DNA from: the human T2T-CHM13v2.0 reference genome, Homo sapiens
Reading direction: 5' to 3' (one strand)
Assembly (NCBI RefSeq): GCF_009914755.1
Contig: NC_060927.1
DNA: 64,000 nucleotides
Both the position numbers and the translations under genes were made by a program. The notes under the pieces were generated by a model. That model was not told the origin of the DNA and did no database searches. It saw only the letters and a program-made list of their open reading frames with translations. Below are positions 25,613 to 38,620 of this stretch, piece by piece (position 1 is the first letter of the stretch; the number at the start of each line of letters is the position of its first letter).

Positions 25613-28203
25613 TACCAGAGTATGGAAACTTCTTTGTATTTGTTTTATCTCATCACAAAAAAAATATACCTACTCAATAACCCTACACATTAATGGTATC
25701 TGTCTAACTTAGTGACAGATTTCCTCTTTTAAGTAAATTTTCTTCCAAGAAGGGGATGAGAATGAGAACTTGGAAAGGAATGTTGATTTTTAAATTAAGC
25801 CTTCTTTGCATGGAGAGTTTCCAAAGAGGAGAGCACCAGAATGAGACACAGAAGAGAGGGCTCTCTTTGTCCTGGTAGCCTTGTGTAGAAGTTAAGAGCA
25901 GGGACTCCAGAGCTGCCTGGGCTATCAGGAGCACATCTATGCAACCTATCAGCCTTGCAATCTCCAACAAGTTATGTATTGTTTCTGTGTTTCAGTTTCT
26001 TCTTAAATTGTGATAGTTAAAATATACCCACTAAGTGCTTAGAACAGAGCCTGGCACATGGCAAGAACTACATAAGTGTGTGCTATTGCTACTCTTTTCA
26101 AATCAGCCCAATATTTTTCTTGATCAGTTTGTAACAATATTATAAACTACAAACATCATCCTTTCTCTGCTCCATGTTTCAGATATCAAGCATGTCTTCT
26201 GAAGATTGTATCAATGTGACAGTATGTATTATGAAGAAACAAAGAAATTTGTGCTGAATACAAGGCTATAAATGTTAATATCATTTGTATAGGCTCAAAA
26301 GGAGCTATGTAGATAAGACATAATAGTACTCTCAAAGAACTTAATACTTGGTGAGAGACAGAAGGCATGTTTGTAAATAATACCCCAAAGCTGGTTTTAT
26401 AAGTCTATTAAGAAAAATAAGAAAAAATTTCTGCAGATAAGGGAGGAGAGAGTAGACATCTGGTTGGAATGATAATGGCTCATGGCTATGGCTTCAAGGA
26501 GAATATGACAGTTGATTTGGCTCATCAAGGATGAATAGGAGCCCAATAAACAGAGATGGTTATGGGAAGGGCACTCCAAGGAGAAGGAATGGCATGTGCA
26601 GAAAAATTAAGGAAATAACACATATTCAGGTTAGTTTATGAAAGCAAACAGCACATGCATGGAAAACTACAATCAGTCTCACAGTGTTTATCTTATCCCT
26701 TGCAGCCCGCAGAACCAGCCCTGCCTTGATTCTTATTCCAGCAGATGAATGAGTTCTTACAATAATAAGATACTGGTATTTCCTAAGCGATAAAGTTTAT
26801 ATTCTTGCAATTAAAAAATCAAAGAAACAAGCCAAAAAATATGCATTAAAAGCAAAATGCACAGGTGAGGTATCGTACAAGTCAGCCTAAACGTGTTTTT
26901 GTTGTTGTTGTTGTTGTTTGTAAATGGATTCTGGCACTTTTCCAAAGCAAATCTTAATTGGTTTTTACCTCTTTTAATTGTATGTTTAGCATATTGGCAG
27001 CAAACACTTAGGCAGAAATGAATCAGCTTTGGATTTGGAATCACAAGGCTTTATAATTATTGGCCTTTTGGAAATTCTCACATGACAAGTACAAAAGTAA
27101 TGACTGTCCAATAAATTACTTTTCTTGATGCCACACAGCTCAACTGTATTGTCCAGAGCTGGAAGAATATTGCATGAGAAGAAAAGATTGTTGGGGTTGG
27201 GGGTATGGGTAAGAATCTCATGAAACTCATAACTCTGCCTAGAATTTGAAGCAGAGAGTTTTAACAGAGCCTTAAAACAGCACTATTGGTAGAGGAGGTA
27301 GGAGGTAGAGGCGGTCAGAGAAAAAACTGGGCAAAAGTCAAGAAGGGCAGGAAATTATATGTCCAATCCTGAATCACAGTTGGAGTTTCCCATATTATAT
27401 GATTTCTGAGACACAAAAAGAGTTCCTAGGCTAGGAAAACCCTTTCTTACTAGGTCACTGATGTCTAAGATTTCACTATTTGGAACTTCAACACTTTGGT
27501 CACTTGGGAAAATTGTCACATTTTATTGTCCTGTTATTCAATAACACTTCAACGTGAATTCATTTCCCAGAGTGTTTCATTCAATAAGCATTGATTGATT
27601 TGTTCATTCAATATTGGTTATTAAATATGTACCATGTGCCAGGCATTTTGATGAAGGCAAGGGTATCAAGGGGACATACATGGCCACATGGCTTCTACCC
27701 TTACCAGGCTTAGAGTAGAGCATAGCACACCAATCTACTTTCAGGTTTTTGGTAGGGAGTGAGAAAGAAGGAAGCTTCTGCAAGGCAACTGGGCAACTAT
27801 CTATTCCTCCTCTAGGTTCTCTTACAGAACATTTACTTACATTTCTCTCATGACACTTAATAACTTTATCATCTTAAAGTTATTTGTATGGTAGAAAACT
27901 CTCTGACAGGAGTATTAATTATTTGAAGATAGCATAAAATAGTTATAAAACTATTAGACTTGGAGGAGAACTTTTGATTTTTTTATTATGATCCTTATTC
28001 ACATTTTGCAAATAAGGAAAACGGAGGCTTATACCACTCAGTGACTTGCTCAAGATTATACACCTTGGTCTCTAACTCAGCTCCTCCATATACATTTACA
28101 AGGCTCTTTTTGTTCAAGCACTCCTGCAGGCAAGAAAACATAGGTTTATTCTTGGTGCACCCATAACTTTGTGCTGAAATAATATTCCCTTTAGCTTCTC
28201 CAT

Positions 28204-28392
28204 TGTGGTTTTAACATGTGTTCACAAATTATTCAACATTCCTCCCTTGAAAAGATGTGAACTAATTCCTCTCCCCTTGACTGTGGGTTGAACTTAATGG
28301 ACTTAATGACTTACTTTTAAAGGAGAAAATGTGGCTGGAGTGGCGGTGTATGGCTTCTAAGACTAGATCACAGAATATGGTGCTGCTTTCTT

Positions 28393-28462
<70 letters not shown>

Positions 28463-28806
28463 TTCTCTCTCTCTCATATCACCTGCTCTGAGAAAAATCA
28501 GTTGCCATGTTATAAGGATGCTCAAACTACCCCATCTATGGAGAAGTCCACACGTGGGGAATACTAAAGCCTGACAACAGCCATGTAAGTGAGCTATTAT
28601 GAAAGTGGACACTGAAGCCTCGGCCAAGCCTCCAGATGACTGCAGCCCTGGCTGTTATCTTGACCACAACCTGTAAAAAACTGTGAGCCAGAAACACCCA
28701 GCTAAACTACTCCCAGATTCCTGACCCATTACCACTTCATAAAAAATAATTACTTAGTATTATTTGAGGAGTAATTTTTACTCAGTGATATGTATGTAGC
28801 TAATAC
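28204..28806 (+). mobile_element. MLT1F-like MaLR LTR
   Basis: tcctcccttga...gccatgtaagtgagc...cctccagatgactgcagccctggc...cccagattcctgaccc. Confidence 0.85.
28401..28460. repeat. Compound (TC)15(AC)15 microsatellite
   Basis: Direct reading of the sequence. Confidence 0.95.
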
Positions 28807-30088
28807 CCTTTTCCATACCAAATCTATTCGTAACTGTAAAAGTGGATACAATCATTAAATACCCTCATGCTACTGGGTTCTTGCAGGCTAAAATTATTAT
28901 TTTACCATTTTAAAACCAGTACAGTCATAGTTTTGTTTTACTAATCATTCATTTTACTGTCATATAATCATCATAATGCAATTCCTATTAATCTTGATTT
29001 CCAGAGTGTTCACTTATATGTGACCAAACCACCATAACAGTCTTCAGACCAGATACCACAGACCCCTGCCACTGCTACATTTTCTGCCACTTCCCCTCAA
29101 GAGAATGGAAGGGGGAGACTCTTCTCCCCTAGACCAAGGCCTGAGATATCTCCCTCCTATTTCAGAGTCACTTTAGCCTACCACAAATCACCGCGTTAGG
29201 TACACACACAATCACACTCACAATTATACTTATATATGTGAAATGATGAAATGGTTGAGGCAAAGACTATTGACCCATTTTGGTCAACTGTGGGAGAACC
29301 CACCACTCTGTCTTGCTCTAAAGATGCTTGACTGGTTCTGGTTTTAATCTTTTTGAAATTAGGCCTTGGGTTCTTAAAGTTTCGTTTCAGTCATCACAAA
29401 ACCTTCATATTGAAAACTTTCTCTAAAGCAACGCACTCTGGATTTCTAGCCCTTTGAGATTAATCCAGGATAGGGAGGCTCTAATACATCCTGGAAGCCA
29501 TGATAGCCATGTTCTACAGCCATTTACAATCTTCTTTTCTCTTGGAACCCTGATCTTCAGACAGGAGATATCTTCTGCCGATGCACCTTCCCCATACAAA
29601 TAAACTGAGTTCTGTAGCTGGCTGCAGATTCTCCAGCCACTAATCTCAACTGTTGCTTGTTGCCCTCTCTTTTGCTTTCAACCCCACCCACTCCTGAGTG
29701 CCAAGTGATGTAGATATGAGGGTCTCATCAATATATAAATCGGCATTTTTATGTTCTAATTAACATTATAATTACTCTTTTCCACCCTTACAGATCTATT
29801 CACTATTCATATGATTTGTGGTGAAGAAGGAAAAAAGGTAAATTTCCAGAGAGGCGCCTACCAACAGGAGAGAATCCAGAGAACAATGGAGAAGGGAAAT
29901 AGAAGTCACCTTTCTCCAGAGAAAATTAAGTAACTGAAGGGCCTTGCTAACCATAAGCCTCAAGTTGGACCATGTTAAACATCCTCAGCCCCTAATTCAC
30001 AAATTCAGGACACTCAGTCATTGACTGAAACACATTCCTACTTCATTCACTTGCATTTAAATTGAGTTAATGTCAAGAATATAAACAT

Positions 30089-30399
30089 AGCTGGGTGCAG
30101 TGGCTCAGGCCTGTAAACCCAGCACTCTGAGAGGCTGAGGTGGGTGGATTGCTTGAGTCCAGGAGTTCAAGACCAGCCTGGGCAACACAGCAATACCCTA
30201 TCTCTACTAAAAATACAAAAAGAAGCTTAGCCTGGTGGTGCACACCCATAATCCCAGCTACTAGGGAGGATGAGGTGGAAGAATCACCTGAGCCCAGGAG
30301 GTTGAAGCTGCAGTGAGCTGAAATTGTGCCACTCCACTCCAGCCTGGGCAACTAGAGTGAGACCCTGTCTCAAAAAAAAAAGAAAAAAAAAAACCGCAC
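30089..30399 (+). mobile_element. AluJ
   Basis: ggattgcttgagtccaggag and gctgcagtgagc. TSD agaatataaacat (30076-30088) / agaatataaatgt (30400-30412). Confidence 0.93.
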
Positions 30400-30656
30400 A
30401 GAATATAAATGTGTTTTTCTTTTATAATATTTAACACCTTTACTAAAGTATAATTTTCATACAATAAAAGTACTCATTTGCGGTAAATGGTTTGATGAAT
30501 TTTGGCAAATGTCAACATTCTTGCAACCATCAACACAATCTAAACTCAGATTATTTCCACTAACCCAAAAATTGTCTTTTGTCTCTTTGCAGTTATTCTC
30601 CACCCCCACTCCTGGCCCTAGACAACTACTGATCTGTTTTTCTTTTTTTAACGATA

Positions 30657-31494
30657 TGTGTCAGTTATCTACTGCTGTGTAACAAATCTCCCCCCATCTC
30701 TTGGCAATTTAAAACAAGAAACATTATCTCACACAGTTTCTGGGGGTCAGGAATCAGGGAGCAGCCTAGCTGGATAATTGTGGCTCAGAGACTCTCATGA
30801 GAGTTCAGTCAAGCTGTTGGGGAGGGATGCAGTCTATGAAGACTTAACTGGAACTTCAGGATCCACTTCCAAGACAGCTTATCCTCACGGCTGTTGGCAG
30901 AGGGCAACAGTTCCTTTTCACGTGGCTGCCTGGATGTTCTTGTGACAAGGACTGTGGTGTCCTCCAGAGTGAGTTACCAAAGAGAGTGATCAAGCAGGAA
31001 GCTGCAGTGCTTTTTATGACCTAGTCCACCGAGTAGCACACTACCACTTCTACTGTTTTCGAGTTGTTAAAACCAAGTCATTAAGTTCAACTCACACTCA
31101 AGGTAAAGGGAATTAGTTCTGTTTATTTAAAGGGGGATATCAGGCCAGGTGCAATTGCTGACCCTGTAATCCCAGCACTTTAGAAGGCCCAAGCAGGTGG
31201 AGCACTTGAGGTCAGGAGTTCAAGACCAGCCTGGTCATATGGGGAAACCTTACCTCTACTAAAAACACAAAAAAGTAGCCAGGCGTGGTGGCACACGTTT
31301 GTAATCCTAGCTACTTGGGAGACTGAGGCATGAGAATTGCTTGAACTTGGGAGGTAGAGGTTTCATTGAGCTGAGATCATGCCACTGCACTCCAGCCTGA
31401 GCAAGAGTGAGAGTCCATCTCAAAAAAAAAAAAAAAAATGAACATTAATAAAGGAGGGGTATCAAACAATTTGTGTACATTTTAACAACACCAC
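30657..31494 (-). mobile_element. MLT1F-like MaLR LTR containing an Alu
   Basis: tcagttatctactgctgtgtaacaaat...gggtcaggaatc...gatccacttccaag. Confidence 0.8.
31143..31449 (+). mobile_element. AluS (Sx/Sz-like)
   Basis: Full dimer with degenerate TSD aagggggatatca / ggaggggtatca. Confidence 0.92.
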
Positions 31495-31745
31495 CCCAAG
31501 TTTTGCCTTTATAAAAATTTCCTGCAAACAAAATCATACATTATGTTATTTTTTATGTCTGGCTTCTTTCACTTAGCATATTGCTTTTGAGATTCATCTG
31601 TGTTGTTGCAAGTGTCAGTGATCTGTAGCTCTTCATTATTGAGTAATATTCAATTGTACAAATGTGCCCCATTTTGTGTATTTATTCAGTAGCACTTGTT
31701 ATGAAACATGTGTTTTGAGGGCTTTTTTATCTAAAGGATCTATTG

Positions 31746-33118
31746 GGTTCTGGGCAAGATGGTCAAATAGGAACAGCTCCGGTCTGCAGTTCCCAAAGGG
31801 ATCAACACAGAACGTGGGTGATTTCTGCATTTCTAACTGAGGTACCCGGTTCATCTTATTGGGACTGGTTAGACAGTGGGTACAGCCCATGGAGGGTGAG
31901 CAGAAGCAGGGTGGGGTGTTGCCTCACCCAGGAAGCACAGGGGGTCAGGGAACTCCCTCACTTAGCCAAGGGAAGCCGTGAGGGACTGCACCTTGAGGAA
32001 CGGTGCATTCCAACCCAGGTACTACACTATTCCCATGGTCTTCGCAACCCACAGACCAGGAGATTCCCTTGGGTGCCTGCACCACCAGGGCTCTAGGTTT
32101 CAAGCACAAAATTGGGCAGCCATTTCAGCAGACACTAAGCTAGCTGCAGGAGTTTTTTTCTGTTTTTTTATTTTTTGTTTGTTTTTCATACCCCACTGGC
32201 ACCTGGAACCCCAGTGAGACAGAACCGCTCGATCCCTTGGAAAGGAGGCTGAAGCCAGGGAGCCAAGTGGTCTTGCTCAGCGGGTCTCACCCCACAGAGC
32301 CCAGCAAGCTAAGATCCACTGGCTTGAAATTCTTGTTGCCAGGACAGTAGTCAGAAGTCGACCTGGGACATTGGAGCTTGGTGGGGGGAGGGGCATCCAC
32401 CATTACTGAGGCTTGAATAAGTGGTTTTCCCCTCACAGGGTAAACAAAGCTGCCGGGACATTCAGACTGGGTGGAGCCCACTGCAGCATAGTAAAGCTGC
32501 TGTAGCCAGACTGCATCCTGCATCTCTAGACTCGTCCTCTCTGGGTAGGGCATCTCTGAAAGAAAGGCAGCAGCCCCAGTCAGGGGCTTATAGATAAAAC
32601 TCCCATCTCTCTGGGACAGTGCACCTGGGGGAAGGGGCGGCTGTGGGCACAGCTTCAGTAGACTTAAACGTTCTTGCCTGCCAGCTCTGAAGAGAGCAGC
32701 GGATCTCCCAGCACAGCACTTGAGCTCCTCTAAGAGTCAGACTGCCTCCCCAAGTGAGTCCCTGACCCCTATATATCCTGACTGGGAGATACCTCCCAGC
32801 AGGGGCCGAAAGACACCTCATACAGGAGAGCTCTGGCTGGCATCTGGCAGGGGCCCCTCTGGGATGAAGCTCCCAGAGGAAGAAATAGGCAGCAATCTTT
32901 GCTGTTCTGCAGCCTCTGCTGGCAATACACATGCAAATAGGGTCTGGAGTGGACCTCCAGAGAACTCCAGCAGACCTGCAGAAGAGGAAGCTGACTATTA
33001 GAAGGAAAACTAACAAACAGAAAGGAATAGCATCAGCATCAACAAAAAGGACATTCAAAAGAAAACCCCATCAGAAGGTCACCAACATCAAAGACCAAAG
33101 GTAGATAAATCCATAAAG
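31746..33118 (+). promoter_or_regulatory. L1PA7 5'UTR internal sense/antisense promoter region, CpG-depleted with a mutated YY1 core
   Basis: caagatggtc instead of caagatggcc at 31755-31764; activity unknown. Confidence 0.5.
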
Positions 33119-34407
33119 ATGAAGACAAACCAGTGGAAAAATGCTGAAAATTTCAAAAGCCAGAATGCCTCTTCTCTTCCAAAGGATCATAACTCCTCGT
33201 CAGCAACGGGACAAAACTAAACAGAGAATGAGTTTGACGAATTGACAGAAGTAGGCTTCAGAAGGTGGGTAATAACAAACTCCTCTGAGCTAAAGGAGCA
33301 TTTTCTAACCCAATGCAAGGAAATTAAGAACCTTGATAAAAAGTTACAGAAATTGCTAACTATAATAACCAGTTTAGCGAAGAAAAGAAATGACCTGATG
33401 GAGCTGAAAAACACAGCACGAGAATTTCTTGAAGCATACACAAGTATCAATAGCTGAATTGATCACGCGGAAGAAAGTGTGTCAGAGATTGAAGATCAAC
33501 TCAATGAAATAAAGCAAGACAACAAGATTAGAGAAAAAACCGCCAAACGAAAAGAACAAAGGCTCCAAGAAGTATGGAACTATGTGAAAAGACCAAATCT
33601 ATGTTTGATTGGTGTACCTGGAAGTGACAGGGAGAATGGAACCAAGTTGCAAAACACACTTCTGGATATTATCCAGGACAACATCCCAACCTAGCAAGAC
33701 AGGCCAACATTCAAATTCAGGAAATACAGAGAACACCACTAAGATACTTCTCAAGAAGAGGAACCCCAAGACAAATAATTGTCAGATTCATCAAGGTTGA
33801 AATGAAGGAAAAAATGTTAAGGGCAGCCAGAGAGAAAGGTCAGGTTACCCACAAAGAGAAGTCCATCAGACTAACAGTGGATCTCTCTGCAGAAACCCTA
33901 CAAGCCAGAAGAGAGTGGGGGCCAATACTCAACATTCTTAAAGAAAAGAATTTTCAACCCAGAATGTCATATCCAGCCAAACTGAGCTTCACAAGTGAAG
34001 GAGAAATAAAATCCTCTACAGACAAGCAAATGCTGAGGGATTTTGTCACCACCAGGCCTGCCTTACAAGAGCTCCTAAAGGAAGCACTAAATACAGAAAG
34101 GAAAAACTGGTACTAGCCACTGCAAAAACATACTGAAATATAAAGGCCAACACTATGAAGAAACTGCATCAAATAATGTGCAAAATAACCAGCTACCATC
34201 ATGATGACAGGATCAAAGTCACTTGTAACAATATTAACTGTAAGTGTAAATGGGCTAAATGCCCCAATTAAAAAACACAACACTGGCAGATTGGATAAAG
34301 AATCAAGACCCATCAGTGCACTGTATTCAGGAGACCAATCTCACATGCAAAGACACACATAGGCTCAAAATAAAGAGATGAAGGAATGTTTACCAAGCAA
34401 ACGGAAA

Positions 34408-34439
<32 letters not shown>

Positions 34440-37400
34440 GCAGGGGTTTCAAGCCTAGTCTCTGATAAAACAGACTTTAAACCAACAAAGATCAAAACGA
34501 CAAAGAGGGCATTACATAATGGTAAAGGGACCAATGCAACAAGAAGACCTAACTATCCTAAATATATATGCACTCAATACAGGAGCACCCAGATTCATAA
34601 AGCAAGTTCTTAGAGACCTACAAAGAGACTTAGACTCCCACACAATAGTGGGAGACTTTAACGCTCCACTGTCAATGTTAGACAGATCAACAAGACAGAA
34701 AATTAACGAGGATATTCAGGACTTGAACTCAGCTCTGGACCAAGTGGAGCTAATAGACATCTACAGAACTCTGCACCCAAAATTAATAGAATATACATTC
34801 TTCTCAGCACCACAGAGCAATTATTCTAAAGTTGACCACATGATTGGAAGTAAAACACTCCTCAGCAAAGGTAAAAGAACAGAAATCATAACAGTCTCTC
34901 AGACCACACTGTAATCAAATTAGAACTCAGGATTAAGAAACTCTCTCAAAACTGCACAACTACACGGAAACTGAACAACCTGCCCCTGAATGACTAATGC
35001 ATAAATAACTAAATTAAGGAAGAAATAAATGTTGTTTGAAACCAATGAGAACAGACACAACGCACCAGAATCTCTGGGACACAGCTAAAGCAGTGTTTAG
35101 AGGGAAATTTATAGCACTAAATGCCCACAGGAGAAAGCTGGAAGGATCTAAAATCGACACTCTAACATCACAATTAAGAGAACTAGAGAAGCAAGAGCAA
35201 ACAAATTCAAAAGCTAGCAGAACAAGAAACAACTAAGAAGACAGCAGAATTGAAAGAGACAAAGACACAAAACACCCTTCAAAAAAATCAATGAACCCAG
35301 GAGCTGGGTTCTTGAAAAGATTAACAAAATAGATAGACTGCTAGCCAGAATTATAAAGAAGCAAACAGAGAAGAATCAAATAGACACAATAAAAAAGGAT
35401 AAAGAGGATATCACCACTGATCCCACAGAAATGCAAACTACCATCAGTGAATACTATAAACACCTCTACACAAATAAACTAGAAAATCTAAAAGAAATGG
35501 ATAAATTGCTGGACACATACACCCTCCCAAGACTAAACCAGGAAGAAGTCAAATCCCTGAATAGACTGATAACAAGTTCTGAAATTGAGGCAGTAATTAA
35601 TAGCCTACCAAGCAAAAAAATCTCAGGACCAGATGGATTCAAAGCCAAATTCTACCAGAGGTACAAAAAGGAGCTGGTCCCATTCCTTCTGAAACTCCAA
35701 ACAATAGAAAAAGAGGGACTGCTCCCTAACACATTTTATGAGGCCAGCACCATTGTGATACCAAATCCTGGCAGAGACACTATAAAAAAAGAAAATTTCA
35801 GGCCAATATCCCTGATGAACATCGATGTGAAAATCCTCAATAAAATACTGGCAAACCGAATCCAGGAGCACAACAAAAAGCTTATCCACCACCATCAGGT
35901 TGGCTTATCCAGCAGGATCAAGTTTCCTGGAGTGCAAGCCTGGTTCAACATATGAAAATCAAAAAATGTAATCTATCACATAAACAGAACCACTGACAAA
36001 AACCACATGATTATCTCAATAGGTGCAGAAAGAGCCTTCAATAAAATTCAACATTGCTTCATGCTAAAAACTCTCTAAAAACTAAGTATTGATGGAACAT
36101 ATCTCAAAATAATAATAGCTATTTATGACAAACCAATATCATACTGAATAGGCAAAAGCTGGAAAACCAGCACAAGAAAAGGATGCCCTCTCTCACCACT
36201 CCTATTCAACATAGTATTAGAAGTTCAAGCCAGGGCAATCAAGCAAGAGAAAGAAATAAAAGTATTCAAACAGGAAGAGAGGAAGTCAAATTGTCTCTGT
36301 TTGCAGATGACATGATTGTATATTTAGAAAACCCCATTGTCTCAGCACAAAAACTCCTTAAGCTGATATGCAGCTTCAGCAAAGTCTCAGGATACAGAAT
36401 CAATGTGCAAAAACCACAAGAAATCCTATATCCTAATAATAGACAGAGAGCCAAATCATGAGTGAACTCCCATTCACAACTGCTACAAAGAAAATAAAAT
36501 ACCTAGGAATACAACTTACAAGGGATGAGAAGGACCTCTTCAAGGAGAACTAGAAACCACTGCTCAAGGAAATAAGAGAGGACATGAACAAATGGACAAA
36601 CATTTCACGCTCAAGGATAGGAAGAATCAATATTGTGAAAATGGCCATACTAACCAAAGCAATTTATAGATTCAATGATATTCCCATTAAGCTCCCATTG
36701 ACTTTCTTCACAGAATTGGAAAAAAACTACTTTAAATTTCATATGGAACCAAAAAAGAGCCTGTATGGCCAAGACAATCCTAAGCAAAAAGAACAAAGCT
36801 GGAGGAATCACACTACCTGACTTCAAACTATACTACAAGACTACAGTAACCAAAACAGCATGATATTGTTACCAAAACAGTTATATAGATCAATGGAACA
36901 GAACAGAGTCCTCAGAAATAACACCACACATCTATAGCCATCTGATCTTTAACAAAGCTAATTAAAAAACAAGCACTGGGGAAAGGATTCCCTATTTAAT
37001 AAATGGTGTTGGGAAAACTGGCTAGCCATACGCAGAAAACTGAAACTAGACCCCTTCCTTATACCTTATACAAAAATTAACTCAAGATGGATTAAAGACT
37101 TAAACTTAAGACTTAAAACCATAAAAACCCTAGAAGAAAACCTAGGCAATATTATTCAGCACATAGGCATGGGCAAAGGCTTCATGAATAAAACAACAAA
37201 AGCAATTTCGAGAAAAGCCAAAATTGACAAATGGGATCTAATTAAATTAAAGAGCTTCTGCACAGCAAAAAAAAAAAAAAAAAAAAAAACTATCATGAGA
37301 GTGAACAGGCAACCTACAGAATGGGAGAAAATTTTTGCAATCTATCCATCTAACAAAGGGCTAATATCCAGAATCTACAAGAAGCTTAAACAAATTTACA

Positions 37401-37600
37401 AGAAAAAAACAAAACAACCCGATCAAAAAGTGGGTAAAGTATATGAACACACACTTCTCAAAAGAAGACACTTATGCAGCCAACAAACATGAAAAAAAGC
37501 TCATCATCACTGGTCATTAGAGAAATGCAAATCAAAACCACAGTGAGATACCATCTCACACCAGTTAGAATGGCAATCATTAAAAAGTCAGGAAATGACT

Positions 37601-38620
37601 GGAGCCAAGATGGCTGAATAGGAACAGCTCTGGTCTACAGCTCCCAGCGTGAGCGACACAGAAGATGGGTGATTTCTGCATTTCCATCTGAGGTACCGGG
37701 TTCCTCTCACTAGGGAGTGCCAGACAGTGGGTACAGGACAGTGGGTGCAGCGCACCGTTTGCAAGCCAAAGCAGGGTGAGGCACTGCCTCCCTCGGGAAG
37801 TGCAAGGGGTCAGGAAGTTCCCTTTCCTAGTCAAAGAAAGGGGTGGCAGAAGGCACCTGGAAAATCGGGTCACTACCACCCGAATACCGCGCTTTTCCGA
37901 CGGGCTTAAAAAACGGTGCACCAGGAGATTATATCCCACACCTGGTTCAGAGGGTCCTATGCCCACGGAGTCTCACTGATTGGTAGCACAGCAGTCTGAG
38001 ATCAAACTGCAAGGCGGCAGCGAGGCTGGGGGAGGGGCACCCGCCATTGTCAAGGCTTGCTTAGGTAAACAAAGCAGCTGGGAAGCTCGAACTGGGTGGA
38101 GCCCACCACAGCTCAAGGAGACCTGCCTGCCTCTGTAGGCTCCACCTCTGGGGGCAGGGCACAAACAAAAAGACAGCAGTAACCTCTGCAGACTTAAATG
38201 TCCCTGTCTGACAGCTTTGAAGAGAGCAGTGGTTCTCCCAGCACACAGCTGGAGATCTGAGAATGGGCAGACTGCCTCCTCAAGTGGGTCCCTGACCCCT
38301 GACCCCCGAGCAGCCTAACTGGGAGGCACCCCCCAGTAGGGGCAGACTGATACCTCACATGGCCAGGTACTCCTCTGAGACAAAACTTCCAGAGGAACGA
38401 TCAGACAGCAGCATTCCTGGTTCACGAAAATCTGCTGTTCTGTGGCCACCGCTGCTGGTACCCAGGAAAACAGGGTCTGGTCTCTAGCAAACTCCAACAG
38501 ACCTGCAGCTGAGGGTCCTGTCTGTTAGAAGGAAAACTAACAAACAGAAAGGACATCCACACCAAAAACCCATCTGTACGTCACCATCATCAAAGACCAA
38601 ATGTAGATAAAACCACAAAG
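37601..38620 (+). promoter_or_regulatory. L1PA3 5'UTR sense and antisense promoter
   Basis: YY1 core caagatggc at 37606-37614; the most CpG-rich long segment of the window. Confidence 0.65.
37973..38047 (-). pseudogene. L1 ORF0, truncated at codon 25
   Basis: MAGAPPPASLPPCSLISDCCATNQ* then DSVGIGPSEPGVGY in the same frame; CGA>TGA. Confidence 0.8.

Larger units (their letters stand above)
30415..31700 (-). mobile_element. Old L1 (L1MB/L1ME-like) 3' end, interrupted by MLT1F and an Alu
   Basis: tttgatgaattttggcaaatg...cctggccctagacaactactgatctg, resuming near 31496 as ttttgcctt...tctggcttctttcacttagcata. Confidence 0.75.

Noticed and set aside
29846-29860. CTCF-like motif ccagagaggcgcc
   Set aside because: Spacing does not fit the CTCF core
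32588-33058. 156-aa antisense ORF as a novel gene
   Set aside because: Antisense reading of the GC-rich L1PA7 5'UTR; a common incidental ORF
35431-35433. ATG shared by the L1PA7 and L1PA4 copies (gaaATGcaa) as further conversion evidence
   Set aside because: A single transition that could be recurrent; not counted
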